The notes: generated by a model from the letters alone, not told the origin. A stretch of 64,000 nucleotides of DNA from Scyliorhinus canicula (GCF_902713615.1 NC_052146.1:306482335-306546334); one strand, 5' to 3'. Shown: positions 50,501 through 61,769, counted from the stretch's first letter. A program made the numbers and translations.

Positions 50501-53097
50501 CTTGGGATCCTGGAGCTGTGAAGCAATGTGCTATCCACAAGGCTACCGTGCTGCCCTTAGGTTGTTCCTGAAAAGAGCCTCTCCCTCCAAAGGTCTGCAC
50601 AGATAACCAAGTAACCTGTTTCGTTAACTTTATCTATAGGTGGTATTTGAACTATATTGGGTTGATTAATTAGATTAAGTGGCAGTTTTTCCTTTCAGTA
50701 AAGAACTGTTTGAATGTTAATTAGAAAGCTATTTCTTTGATGTTAATGTGTTTAATTCTGTGTTTCAGTTAATGTTTGCTTTAATAAAAAGATACCTATT
50801 GGTCATCACTCCCGAGATGAAGTATCCTTTCCTCACAGTTTTACAAATTGGAAAATAGTTTGAGCTTCTTGTCCGGTATCTTAACATCACATCTCGGGAC
50901 GTCCCAATAGAAAGCAGATCACTGACAAGCTAATGTTTTGGGAGCATTGTCCTAACTGCTCTGAAGAAAACCAAGCAGCCAATTTGTGCACAGTAAGAGG
51001 CCTTAGACCGCGAATGAGATAAATGATCAGTTAAGTCTGTCAGGTACAGCTGGTTTGACGGAGGAATGTTGTTGGCAGGGGTGGCAGCGGGTGAATCTCT
51101 TCCTTTCCATCAAATAGTACCATGGGGTTTTTTTTTACAGTCTGCTTGAATGGTCGTGAGGGGCACAGAAAAAACGTGGGTCTTGTTTTAACAGCTGGGG
51201 TGAAAAATGGCTCTAAAACGACAGCATTGGGGTGTCACGCTGTTTGGTTTCAGGCAATCTGAATGAAACAGCCCTTTCCCACTGCGATAGTTTATTCCCT
51301 GTTCTGTGTTTGTTGCCGAGATTCTGTGGCAACGGTGAGGATCAGTGATGTTAGGGTAGCCTTGTGTCATGACAAGATCGAGGGATTTTGCTCCACTCCT
51401 GGGAACGCAGATGCAAGGGATTGGGGAAAAAAACAATGCTAGAGGAGGAAGGAAAATGCAATCAGCCGATGGGACCTGGATAATTGGAAATGCCAGCGCA
51501 CTGCTGCAGAGCCATATCATTAAACCTACACATAAATATTCAAACAACTGTATTACAACCAATAACCCATCAAATCATCTCACCTCAACAACTGTGAGGG
51601 GTTGCACAGAAAGTTCCCTCAGTTTACCTAAACTCATAGTTTATTTAAAGGTAAATTAAAGATTGATGTCACTGCAGTTGGTGCAGTGATTCACTGAATT
51701 GTTTTGAGCGAGAGCGGGACCGGTTTCTGATTGGCGTGGACATCACCTTGTACCTGAAGTTAATTGGGCCCAGTGTAACCTCCTGTAACTCACCTCAATT
51801 GATTAAAGGGGTCAGAGAGGAAATGCCCACATTTTGCCCCTGTAATTGGCCTGGATATTGATTCCGGTTTCGCCGCTGTGGGAGGGTTGCTGATCACCGG
51901 TACTGAAATACACGAGGCACATCGCGACTGTGTGGGACAGGCTGGATGGAACAGAGGGTCTCGCTTTGCCCATCGTTTCACCTCCTCACCTCAATCACCA
52001 GCCTCTAACCCCCCTCTGCGCACAAACCCTCCTCCAGCACCCCTCCCTTCTCTGGGTTTAAAATCACGTACGCCTGAGCATCCTCCTCACTCCCTTTAGC
52101 AACAGCCTTCACCACAAAGTCATCTTCCAAAATATTGTCGGGATCGTCAAAGTCAAAGTCATCATCGAGAGCGGCCACGATATCCGGGTCGAGGTCCAGG
52201 CGAGGTCCTGAGGGCAAATCCAAACACATCCTTAATTTACTGCCTCAGATACTATAACTAGAAAAGCGGTAAACTGTGGAGGGGTGGGGAATAGACTATT
52301 CACACACACACATCCTTCCAGGGTAGCTGTGCCACCATACTGCTGCCATGAAATCATCACCATGACGGCCTTATTCCGTATTCAATTCTGCTGTTTGGTT
52401 TTGGTTTGGAATGACACTGTCAATCATTCCCTCAGGAGTAGTGAGCATGGATGTCTGGTTTGATTTGATTCACTGTTTGACACGCAAAGCTTGTATAGTG
52501 ATGATTTATTCCAAGACGCAAACACCAAAATTATCGGCAGCTATGTTTGACCCCATTTACCCCTCACCCTTTCCCTCCTTACCTGTGACAGTCAGTTTAG
52601 CTCAGTCGGTCTAACTCAATCAAAGGTTCTTGGGTTCAAGACCCATCCCAGAGACTGGACCACCGAAGCCAGACTGATGCTGCAAGATTACTTTTTTTAA
52701 ATATAAATTTAGAGTACCCAATTCATTTTTTCCAATTAAAGGGCAATTTAGTGTGGCCAACCTACCTATCCTGCACATCTTTGGGTTGTGGGGGTGAAAC
52801 CCACGCAGACACGGGGAGAATGCGCAAACTCCACACGGACAGTGACCCAGGGCCGGGATTCGAACCCGGGTCCTCAGCGCCGTAGGCAGCAATGCTGCTG
52901 CAAGATTACGGAGGGAAACAATGTAAAAGGGGGGGGGAAAGAGAACTTCTGTGTTAACTCCCAGTCTTACCTCGCACAGGAGCTGCTTTGTTCAACAATC
53001 CCGTCTCCTCTTCAAACTCTGAAGCAAAAACTGACGACGGCAGGTTAATGGAATGAGTCTGAAATCAAACACATCACAGGTCCACAGTTCAGTTTCG

Positions 53098-53165
<68 letters not shown>

Positions 53166-56100
53166 GGAGGGGCCAGACAAATCACGGTGGGGGGGTGTGG
53201 AAGGGTGGAAAGACAAACAGAGGGAAAGCAGATTCAGAGTGAATGCTATTGATTCACCCTTGCACCCCGGGGCAGTCATTAACATGATCCCTTTCGGAGC
53301 AGTGGTTCTGTCAGTTGATACAATTCCATCATCACTGTTACCCCACAGTTGCTTCACAGCTCCAGGGTCCCAGGTTCGATTCCCGGCTTGGGTCACTGTC
53401 TGTGCGGAGTCTGCACGTTCTCCCCGTGTGTGCGTGGGTTTCCTCCGGGTGCTCCGGTTTCCTCCCACAGTCCAAAGATGTGCAGGTTAAGTGGTCATGA
53501 TAAACTGCCCTTCGTGTCCAAAAATGTTAAGTGGGGGTTACTGGGATAGGGTAGATACGTGGGCTTCAGTAGGGTGCTCTTTGCAAGGGCTGGTGCAGAC
53601 TCGATGGGCCGAATGGCCTCCGTCTGCACTGTAGATTCTATGATTAAACACAGGGCCCGCCCCCCAAATTTGTCCAATGTGTCCCTCATAGGGCTAAATC
53701 GCTGGCTTTGAATGCAGACCAAGCAGGCCAGCAGCACGGTTCGATTCCCGTAACAGCCTTCCCGAACAGGCGCCGGAATGTGGCGACTAGGGGCTTTTCA
53801 CAGTAACTTCATTTGAAGCCTACTCGTGACAATAAGCGATTTCATTTCATTTCAACTCTGCCTTACGGGAATCTGCTGCACCTTCTCTTCAAGCTGTCCA
53901 TCTCCTGAAGTTAGTGTGTCCTGGTCTTCCTTCAGGGGTAAGCTGGAGGGCACAAGCTCAGCAACTGGAGACACCTCCTTCAGGTGCTGCAGGTAGTTGT
54001 AAGCATCATCGAAGAAGACGCCATATTTCCTCTCCTCCTCCTTCCGCTTTTGTGCATCTGCTCTCTGCAAGAAAGGGGTTCAGGGCGGGTTACAGTAACA
54101 GCCACAAATCACCGTGCCTCTTAACTTACGTAAGACTCATTCGTAACAATGGTGCAGCCCTCCCCGGGCCAGCTGTACCTCAGTGGGTAGCACTCTCTTT
54201 TCCACTCAGAACACTGTGGGTGCACATCCCATACCCGAGACATGGGCCCATAATCCAGACTTAACACTTCAGTGCAGTACTGAGAGAGTGCTGCACTGTC
54301 AAAGGATTTGTCTCTTGCACACAGCGTTAGACCCTCTGCCCTCACATGGGGACAGAAAAGATCCCACAGCCACTACAGAGCAAAGGTGGCTGAATGGAGA
54401 TGTGGCAACGGTCAGCAATGATCTGTCTAAATGATGGAGCAGGTTCAAGGGCCTGAATGACCTCCTCCTGTTCCTATGGGATCCAAAGATTAAATTCTAC
54501 TCACACGGAAGCTGCCCACACCTAATGCCAAGCCCCATTTCATCTCGTTTCTACGGAGCTCTCAGCTACACATCAACGTGAATCACCTCTGTTGGTAGAA
54601 GAACTCTCTGTGGGGCCTTCTCATCTGCAACCAATGGATCCTTCTGGCTTCTGTGCACCAGGTGAAAGGTCACTGATGACTTCTTCTGGATAAAGGGCTT
54701 CTTCTTTCGGTGAGGCTGAAAAACAACATTGGAACTAGGTTAAGACTGGTGAATGAGTCAGTGCGTCCTCAGTCCAGAGACCAGCAGGATCCCTGCATGT
54801 CAACATATCAGCTTCACACAGATGGACCTTCCTGTGTTATAAACCCAGCAAATATCATACCATACCCAGCTAGTGATCTAGTACCACATCACTCACTGAG
54901 GGGTACAATCACAGCAAGGCCTTGGAGGGAAACAGGAGAATTACATTGAAATTAGCAGCATAGAAACAGGCCACTCAGCCCAACTGATCTATGCTCTATA
55001 CTCCACATGACCCCCCTTCCTATCCTACCTCATCTCATCCCAACAGCATAACCTTCGACTAATTCCTCAGTCACGTATTGATCAAGCTTCAATTTAAAGT
55101 TTTATAATATTCACATCAAGTATTCCATGTGGTTTTCAGTTCCATACCCTCATCACTCTCTAGCTAAAGGTGTTTCTTCCGACATCCTGATTGGATTTAT
55201 TAATCTTATTATGTGCACGATCATTAGTTATGGACTCTGCAAAGCGAAAACATCTTTTGCTGGAAAGGTGCTGAGGATATAAGGTTTTAGTTACAGAGGG
55301 AGAGGAGATGGGACTTTCTTTTCTCCTCAGAGCACAAATAGGTTCGGCGAGATTTAATTAATGATACTTTTAAAAAATAAATTTAGAGTGCCCAATTCTT
55401 CTTTTTCCCAATTAAGGGGCAATTTAGCGTGGCCAATCCACATATCCTGCACATCTTTTTGTGTGGTGGGGCAAGGACCACACAGACATGAATTGAAATG
55501 AAAATCGCTTATTGTCACAAGTAGACTTCAAACGAAGTTACTGTGAAAAGCCCCCAGTCACCACATTCCGGCGCCTGTTCAGGGAGGCTGGTACAGGAAT
55601 TGAACCGTGCTGCTGGCCTGCCTTGGTCTGCTTTAAAAGCCAGCGCTTTAGCCCTGTGTTAAATCAGCCCCTGAGCTGGTCATGGGGCCGAGGTGGAGAT
55701 GGTTAACAGCTTCAAATTCCTAGGTGTGCACATCACCAAAAATCTGTCCTGGTCCACCCACGTCGACGTTACAACCAAGAAAGCACAACAGCGCCTATAC
55801 ATCCTCAGGAAACTAAGGAAGTGCGGCATGTCCACATTGGCTCTTACCAGCTTTTACAGGCACACCATAGAAGGCATCCTATCGGGCTGCATCGCATAGT
55901 GGTATGGCAACTGCTCAGCCCAAGACCGTAAGAAACTATAGAGAGTTATGAACACCGGCCAGTCCATCACACAAATCCACCTCCCATCCATTGACTCTGT
56001 CTACACCTCCTGCTGCCTTTGGAATGCAGGGAGTATAATCAAAGACCCCTCCCACCCGCTTACTCACTCTTCCAACTTCTTCCATTGGGCAGGAGATTCA

Positions 56101-58270
56101 AAAGTCTGTGAACACGCACAAACAGATTCAAAAACAGCTTCTTCCCCACTGTTACCAGACTCCTAAATGACCCCCTTATGGACTGATCTGATTAATACTG
56201 CACTCCTGTATGCTGCTGCTCCGATTTCCTTCCACAAGTCCCGAAAGACATGCAGTTAGGTAATTTGGAAAATTCTGAATTCTCCCTCAGTGTACCCGAA
56301 CAGGCGCCAGAATGTGGCGACTCGGGGCTTTTCACGGTAACTTCATTGCAGTGTTAATGTAAACCTACTTGTGACGATAAAGATTATTATTATTATTCAC
56401 CCGATGCATGTGTCCATGCATTTACATTGTGTACCTTGTATTGTCCGATTATGTATTTTATTTTCATATACTAAATGATCTATTTGAGCTGTACGTGAAA
56501 AATACTTTTCACTGTACTTCAGTACATGTGACAATAAACAAATCCAAATGTAATTGGCAAAAGAACTAAAGGAGTAGATGAGGAGGATTTGTTTTATTTA
56601 CACTGCAGATTGTTGTGTTCAGAAAGGCATTGTCAATGTAGGCCGGTGGACACAGGGGTGATGGATGAACAGGAGTTGGAGCTCATTAGAATAAAGTCAG
56701 CAAATGTTTTGGATCACCTCAAGTTTACGGAGGGTAGAATATGGAGACCAGCCGGGAGTGTGTTGGAATATTTGAGTTAAGAAGCAATAATGAAATGAAA
56801 TGAAAATGAAATGAAAATCGCTTATTGTCACGAGTAGGCTTCAAATGAAGTTACTGTGAAAAGCCCCTAGTCGCCACATTCCAGCGCCTGTTCGGGGAGG
56901 CTGTTACGGGAATCGAACCGTGCTGCTGGCCTGCTTTCAAAGCCAGCGATTTAGCTGTGTGCTAAACAGCCCTGACATGACATGAAGACATGGATAACTA
57001 TTTCAGCAGAGGATCTGAAGCGGGGGCAGGGAGTGGAGCAAAGTTACAGAGGTGAATGGCCTCCTTCTGTGTTGTGACAATCCACTGATTCTATTCTAGG
57101 TGGGAATAGGTGAGCATGGTGACAGTGTGGATTTGTGGTCAGAAGCACATCTTAGAATCAAGCCAAGGTTGCAAACAGTGTGGTCCAGCCTCACACGAAT
57201 GCCAGGGAGAAAGACATACACTGCAGCAGGAATAAAGTTTGCGTCAGGGACCAGAGACAATCAGTCTTCAGGTAGGAGCTGAGAGAAGTGGTAGTGAGAT
57301 AGAGCTGGGTGTCAGTGTCAGTATGGAACCTGACATTGTGTTTTTGGACTAAGTTACTAAAAGGACTAGTGTGCAGACAACAAAGGGAATTGGATCTGTA
57401 CTTGAAAAGGAAACATTTGTCAAGCTCATTCTGGCCAGTCCGTCATCACCTAGTGGGCAAAACGGACTCCGGGAGGTTCACTCAGCATTAAGAACCATCA
57501 AACCAGAACTATCTATCTCAGAGGCAAGTCCCACTCTAGAGACTTAAGGACACAAAACCACATCAGGAGTGTTACGGGACGGTACAGTGGTCCGCAGGAC
57601 TGCGGCGTGGTAGCACAATAGTTACCACAGTTGCTTCACAGCACCAGGGTCCCAGGTTCGATACCCCGCTGGGTCACTGTCTGTGCGGAATCTGCACGTT
57701 CTCCCCGTGTCTGTGTTTCCTACGGGTGCTCCGGTTTCCTCCCAAAGTCCAAAGATGTGCAGGTTAGGTGGATTGGCCATGATAAATTGCCCTTAGGTGG
57801 GATTATGGGGATAGGGCTGGGGAGGGTGCTCACTCAGAGGGTTGGTGCAGACTCAATGGGCTGAATGGCCTCCTTCTACAGTGTAGAGATTCTATGGCCC
57901 TATGGAGTGCTGCTGTGTCAGAGGTGCCATCCTTCAGGTGGGGCTGAGATAAGCCCAGGTAAATTTGGCACTAAGTGATGGGCAAGGAAATTCTTGTTAG
58001 CAACAAAAAACTAAATGCTGAACAAAGTCAGCCTGTTGGGCAGCAGGAACAGAATGGTTTCCAGTCCGTGCTGGACTGGGAGGTTGTTTTGAAGTCAGGT
58101 GGACTGAGGATATGAACATTAATGTTTATCCACATTGCAAACACGAGCTGGTCAGAGTGGGATCTTGCTGTTCACACACTGACTGCATTCCCAGTGGCTG
58201 GCAGAAGGCGCTATCGGAATGCAGCTCCCCCCGGCCCTCGCTCTCTCTGCCCGGGCTGTTCACTCACCAT
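38397..58270 (-). CDS. LTV1: LTV1 ribosome biogenesis factor, complete spliced CDS: join(complement 58268-58270, 54587-54715, 53867-54064, 52971-53058, 52072-52207, 49619-49847, 42144-42271, 41451-41581, 41007-41059, 39268-39468, 38397-38507); 1407 nt, 468 aa
   Basis: Manual translation gives MPHRKKKPFIQKKSSVTFHLVHRSQKDPLVADEKAPQRVLLP...YGVFFDDAYNYLQHLKE...LPSSVFASEFEEETGLLNKAAP..GPRLDLDPDIVAALDDDFDFDDPDNILEDDF...SRFTTYSMTSSVIRRNEQLTLLDDRFEK...WDCESILSTYSNLYNHPKLI...ERRMEKKANRDAFKLEK..., colinear with vertebrate LTV1 as I recall it; all 10 introns are GT-AG with matching phases. Confidence 0.97.
39268..39468 (-). CDS. LTV1: LTV1 exon 10 (LNQIKVSKKTGVPLDVLPKRNLTAKQLER...IRKQTIKGERK)
   Basis: tttcag acceptor, gtgagg donor, 201 nt. 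Confidence 0.95.
41007..41059 (-). CDS. LTV1: LTV1 exon 9 (STYSNLYNHPKLITDPPK)
   Basis: gtacag acceptor, gtatga donor, 53 nt. Confidence 0.95.
41451..41581 (-). CDS. LTV1: LTV1 exon 8 (CQMPDDLGPRGDVLLKEVEEEKEETEMLVIEEPTEQWDCESIL-S)
   Basis: cggcag acceptor (phase 2), gtaagt donor, 131 nt. Confidence 0.92.
42144..42271 (-). CDS. LTV1: LTV1 exon 7 (LFEEYDDDEIGALDHHELEGCIQVDSTRLNEVISDYHTQKAK-D)
   Basis: ctttag acceptor, gtaagt donor, 128 nt; absent from the ORF track. Confidence 0.95.
42365..43975 (+). mobile_element. Decayed CR1 fragment with a SINE at ~43545-43737
   Basis: [24 protein letters not shown] and KAFDKV-like remnants. Confidence 0.8.
43992..46985 (-). mobile_element. CR1 LINE (minus) interrupted by a SINE piece (~44240-44400) and a plus-strand CR1
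   Basis: [15 protein letters not shown]...VRPHLEY; AKMLNQYFASVF. Confidence 0.85.
44566..45541 (+). mobile_element. Young 5'-truncated CR1 nested in an older antisense CR1
   Basis: Near-intact RT C-terminus (ORF 44575..45192), (TTCTTATG)n tail, TAAAC duplicated at 44561-44565 and 45542-45546. Confidence 0.9.
47040..49600 (-). mobile_element. CR1 LINE, 5'-truncated, with a SINE at 49126-49473
   Basis: [58 protein letters not shown]. Confidence 0.92.
49619..49847 (-). CDS. LTV1: LTV1 exon 6 (HSDDDEEWEDTEDED...TRSRFTTYSMTSSVIRRNEQLTLLDDRFEK)
   Basis: ctttag acceptor, gtcagt donor, 229 nt. Confidence 0.95.
49884..50886 (+). mobile_element. Probable solo LTR with a SINE insertion (~50270-50557)
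   Basis: TGTGATG...TTAACA termini; AATAAA at ~50783. Confidence 0.45.
52072..52207 (-). CDS. LTV1: LTV1 exon 5 (GPRLDLDPDIVAALDDDFDFDDPDNILEDDFVVKAVAKGSEEDAQA)
   Basis: cctcag acceptor; the gtacgt donor gives the phase 2 that exon 6 requires; 136 nt. Confidence 0.92.
52971..53058 (-). CDS. LTV1: LTV1 exon 4 (THSINLPSSVFASEFEEETGLLNKAAPVR-G)
   Basis: tttcag acceptor, gtaaga donor, 88 nt, ends in phase 1. Confidence 0.95.
53101..53162. repeat. (GA)31 microsatellite
   Basis: Directly visible. Confidence 0.98.
53867..54064 (-). CDS. LTV1: LTV1 exon 3 (RADAQKRKEEERKYGVFFDDAYNYLQHLKE...QQIP)
   Basis: ttgcag acceptor, gtaagg donor, 198 nt; within ORF 53852..54070. Confidence 0.95.
54175..54380 (+). 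mobile_element. Old SINE fragment, DeuSINE/SacSINE1-like
   Basis: ...acacttcagtgcagtactgagagagtgctgcactgtc... also seen decayed at ~18400-18680, ~19510-19790 and (minus) ~41180-41410; family name is from memory, not a search. Confidence 0.45.
54587..54715 (-). CDS. LTV1: LTV1 exon 2 (PHRKKKPFIQKKSSVTFHLVHRSQKDPLVADEKAPQRVLLPTE)
   Basis: tttttcag acceptor, gtgatt donor, 129 nt; absent from the ORF track. Confidence 0.95.
55683..56545 (+). mobile_element. Rex1/Babar-like LINE 3' fragment (same family as 17545-18385) with a SINE piece inserted at ~56215-56395
   Basis: FKFLGVHITKNLSWSTH...[15 protein letters not shown]; same 3' UTR. Confidence 0.85.
58268..58270 (-). CDS. LTV1: LTV1 exon 1 coding part (ATG only)
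   Basis: gcggcgATG|gtgagt: good Kozak context followed directly by a consensus donor; phase 0 joins to CCT CAC CGA (P-H-R) of exon 2; lies in a CpG-rich promoter-like segment. Confidence 0.85.
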
Positions 58271-58356
58271 CGCCGCTGGAAGCTGCCGACCGTCACCCAC
58301 ACATCAGCCGAAATGAGAAGGCTCACCTAGGCCGCCATGCGGCTGTACATGAAATC

Positions 58357-58590
58357 CTGATTGGCTGGAATCGTGAAGCACTCCGGGATACTGGCTGACT
58401 GTCTCACCAACCTCCGAGCACTGATTGGCTGGAACTGTGAAGCACTCCGGGATACTAGCTGACTCACACCAACATCCGAGCACTGATTGGCTGGAACTGT
58501 GAAGCACTCTGGGATACTAGCTGACTCATACCAACCTCCGAGCACTGATTGGCTGGAACCGTGAGGAACCCTGGGATACTGGCTGACTGT
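58357..58590 (-). promoter_or_regulatory. LTV1 promoter: ~62-bp tandem repeat (~3.7 copies), each with an AGCCAATCAG CCAAT box
   Basis: ctgattggct at 58357, 58421, 58483 and 58545; TGACTCA in copies 2 and 3; starts about 90 bp upstream of the ATG. Confidence 0.65.
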
Positions 58591-58689
58591 TGTGACCTCC
58601 GTAAATTGGAGGATGTGCAGTTGCATCAAATCGCTGATAAGGAGGAAGGGCGGGGTTGTGTCTCATTTAATCCCCGTGAAACACGACAG

Positions 58690-59250
58690 GTCCAGCATTG
58701 GGTTAGATACAGAGTAAAGCTTCCTCTACACTGTCCCCATCAAACACTCCCAGGACAGATACAGCACGGGGTTAGATACAGAGTAAAGCTCCCTCTACAC
58801 TGTCCCCATCAAACACTCCCAGGACAGGTACAGCACGGGGTTAGATACAGAGTAAAGCTCCCTCTACACTGTCCCATCAAATACTCCCAGGACAGGTACA
58901 GCACGGGATTAGATACAGAGTAAAGCTCCCTCTACACTGTCCCATCAAATACTCCCAGGACAGGTACAGCATGGGGTTAGATACAGAGTAAAGCTCCCTC
59001 TACACTGTCCCCATCAAACACTCCCAGGACAGGTACAGCACGGGGTTAGATACAGAGTAAAGCTCCCTCTACACTGTCCCATCAAATACTCCCAGGACAG
59101 GTACAGCACGGGGTTAGATACAGAGTAAAGCTCCCTCTACACTGTCCCATCAAATACTCCCAGGACAGGTACAGCACGGGATTAGATACAGAGTAAAGCT
59201 CCCTCTACACTGTCCCCATCAAACACTCCCAGGACAGGTACAGCATGGGA
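58690..59250. repeat. 68-69-bp tandem repeat, ~8 copies (GGTTAGATACAGAGTAAAGCTCCCTCTACACTGTCCCCATCAAACACTCCCAGGACAGGTACAGCACGG)
   Basis: Directly visible, highly homogeneous. Confidence 0.95.
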
Positions 59251-59265
59251 CTGGGTAAAGACCCT

Positions 59266-61255
59266 GGGCCGGATTCTCTGTTGGCCGACGCCAAAATGGT
59301 GAAAGGGGATTGGGAGGGGAATACGTTCCGACCCCAAAATCGCAGCAGATGCCGATTTGATGGCAAACCACAAATCTCCATCACCTCGACTGCGGCGTCA
59401 ATGCATTCCAGAACGCACGGACAGTAAACACCGTTTACATATCATTAATGGCCCTGTCCTGGTGTTCCAGGGCCTCTGCGATTCTCTGCCTCCGATGGGC
59501 CGAGTTCCCGCCGACGAGGTTCACTTCTCTTTTAAAAACCGTCAGGACACTGAGAGGCGCAACTGCGGGCTGCCGAGCCAGTCACTGGGCATGCTGGCTG
59601 GGGTGTGGGGGCCCTGCCAGTGCAGGGGAGGGAGGGGATGATGAGGGAACACGCTGAGCCTCACGAGAGTGATGCAGTGTCCAGGCAAGGATCACCATTG
59701 ATGCGGCTAGAAAGGCAGCCATCTTGCTGCTCACCCCACTGCCACCCACATTGGCTCCTGGTTCTGCAAAATGACATTAGCTGTATGGGTGGCCCCACCC
59801 CCACACCCCACCCTCCGCCATACCCCCACCACCCCACCCTCCACCATACCCCCATCACCCCACCCTCTGCCATACCCCCACCACCCAACCACCCGATCGC
59901 CTCCAGGTTCACCAAGGGGTGGGGCTGGCCAGTGGCACGGACACCGCATCCCACGTTCACCCCCCCCCGCCACCCCCTCGCCCACAACTCCCTCTGTGAT
60001 ACATACCTCCAACACTACGGGGTGCAGGTCCTGGGTTGGCAGTAACACTCGGTCTGGTTCATGGGTTGGAGGATGATGACAACCCGCTCTGCGATGAGCT
60101 CTGATGCTGTGGATCGTACGACAATGTCTGACTCCTGCCCATGGTAGCAATTCCCACCATCCACCTGGGAGATCCTTGCATGCGAGCTGGCCATTCCATC
60201 ACATGGTCCCATTGAATCCCTGGAGTGATGGTTGTGGGGACGGTCGGGGAGGGGGGGGGGGGAACCCAGGCCACCCACAACGCCAACTCATTGCACCCCA
60301 ATGTCCGCCCATTCGATCCCCCTCCCCCCTCTGGCCAGCCCAAACCAGCCCCCCCTTCACACCCATCTGACAGAGCACCGAGGCAGGTTGTGACCAGGTG
60401 TTTAATGTGCCCTAGTCCTGCACCTGCGAAAACTTAACTAGTGTCTAACTTTCTGGTCTTGGTAAGGGCCACATGTCCGGAGGTCCCAGTTTTCCCCCCG
60501 CTCCCGGCGGTTATAGGAGTTTCTCCTGGGGGTGGGGGGAACATGGCCAGTATGGGTGCCTGCCGACATGTGGTGCAGGGTGGTATTCGGCCGCTCTCCT
60601 CCGAGGGGGGGGGGGGGGTAGAGTTACGGGTGTGTGGGACGGAGGTTAGTGCCAGGTGCAGAGTGCTGCCTATTCACCCTGGCCGCCCTGAGGAGGTTGT
60701 GCAGTTTCTTCCTGCACTATTGGCCAGTCCGGTCGATGTTGCCCACGGCGCTGACCGTCTCTGCCACCCGTGCCCAGGCACATCGAACGGTGGCAGCTGG
60801 CAGACTGCTTCCCGGGCTGGGATACAAGGTCATCGGCCTCTCCTCACCGCGTCCAGCAGGCTCTCCGGCTCCACATCTGTGAATCAGGGGGCTGCCAGTC
60901 TAGGTGCCATCTTGTTGGCTGGGATGGTGTGTGTGGGGAGTGCAGTGTGTATGTGTGGCTGGGATGGTGTGTGTGGGGAGTGCAGTGTGTATGTGTGGCT
61001 GGGATGGTGTGTGTGGCTGGGATGGTGTGTGTGGGGAGTGCAGTGTGTATGTGTGGCTGGGATGGTGTGTGTGGGGAGTGCAGTGTGTATATGCGGCTGC
61101 AGCTCGTCAGCCTCTTGAGTGTCAATTGCGAAACTGGCAAATCTCGCGCCGTTTCTCATTGGAATCGATTGTGTTCCACGTGGCGCTGGTGCTAGCCCTT
61201 TGACAGCCGCTGAATCGGTCCAGGTGCGGAAGTCCATGAACGGAGAATCCAGCCC
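59266..61255 (-). mobile_element. PIF/Harbinger-like DNA transposon deletion derivative with a Myb/SANT-like ORF remnant (~60677-60910)
   Basis: TIRs GGGCCGGATTCTC / GAGAATCCAGCCC; minus-strand remnant MAPRLAAP*FTDVEPESLLDAV/EERPMTLYP...AWARVAETVSAVGNIDRTGQ*CRKKLHNLLRAAR. Confidence 0.75.
60915..61092. repeat. 39-bp GT-rich tandem repeat inside the Harbinger-like element
   Basis: GGCTGGGATGGTGTGTGTGGGGAGTGCAGTGTGTATGTGT x ~4. Confidence 0.9.
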
Positions 61256-61769
61256 TCTATTTATGTGGGAATGTTTTGCTGACATGTTGGTGCAATGTCA
61301 GGCTAAGTCATATCTGTGGGGGGAAGGCTGATTGGCGGCTCCGACACCCTTTGCAATCTGACTGTCTGACACTAGGTGGTGCCATGAGCTCAGTTCCAGG
61401 AGAAAAAACCCTCAGCACACGCAGTTAACAAAAGGTAAGACAGCAGGTGCTAATGTCAGGTTGCAAAGGTTGAAGCAAAGTCTCTGTTTTATTCATGCTA
61501 CATAATACATGATATATTATGTACATGATAGATTCTGACTCAGATCTAATGTGCGCTGATTGTCTCATGCCTGAGTCACAAACGATGTGGAGATGTCGGA
61601 GTTGAGCTGGGATGAGCACAGTAAGATGTCTTACACCAGGTTAAAGTCCAACAGGTTTGTTTCAAATCACTAGCTTTCGGAGCACTGTGTGTCACAAATG
61701 TTCTGACTGTTATCCCCAGGATACAATTTCAGTGGCCACTCCAGCGCTGCATTAAAGTTGTTCCCCTTA

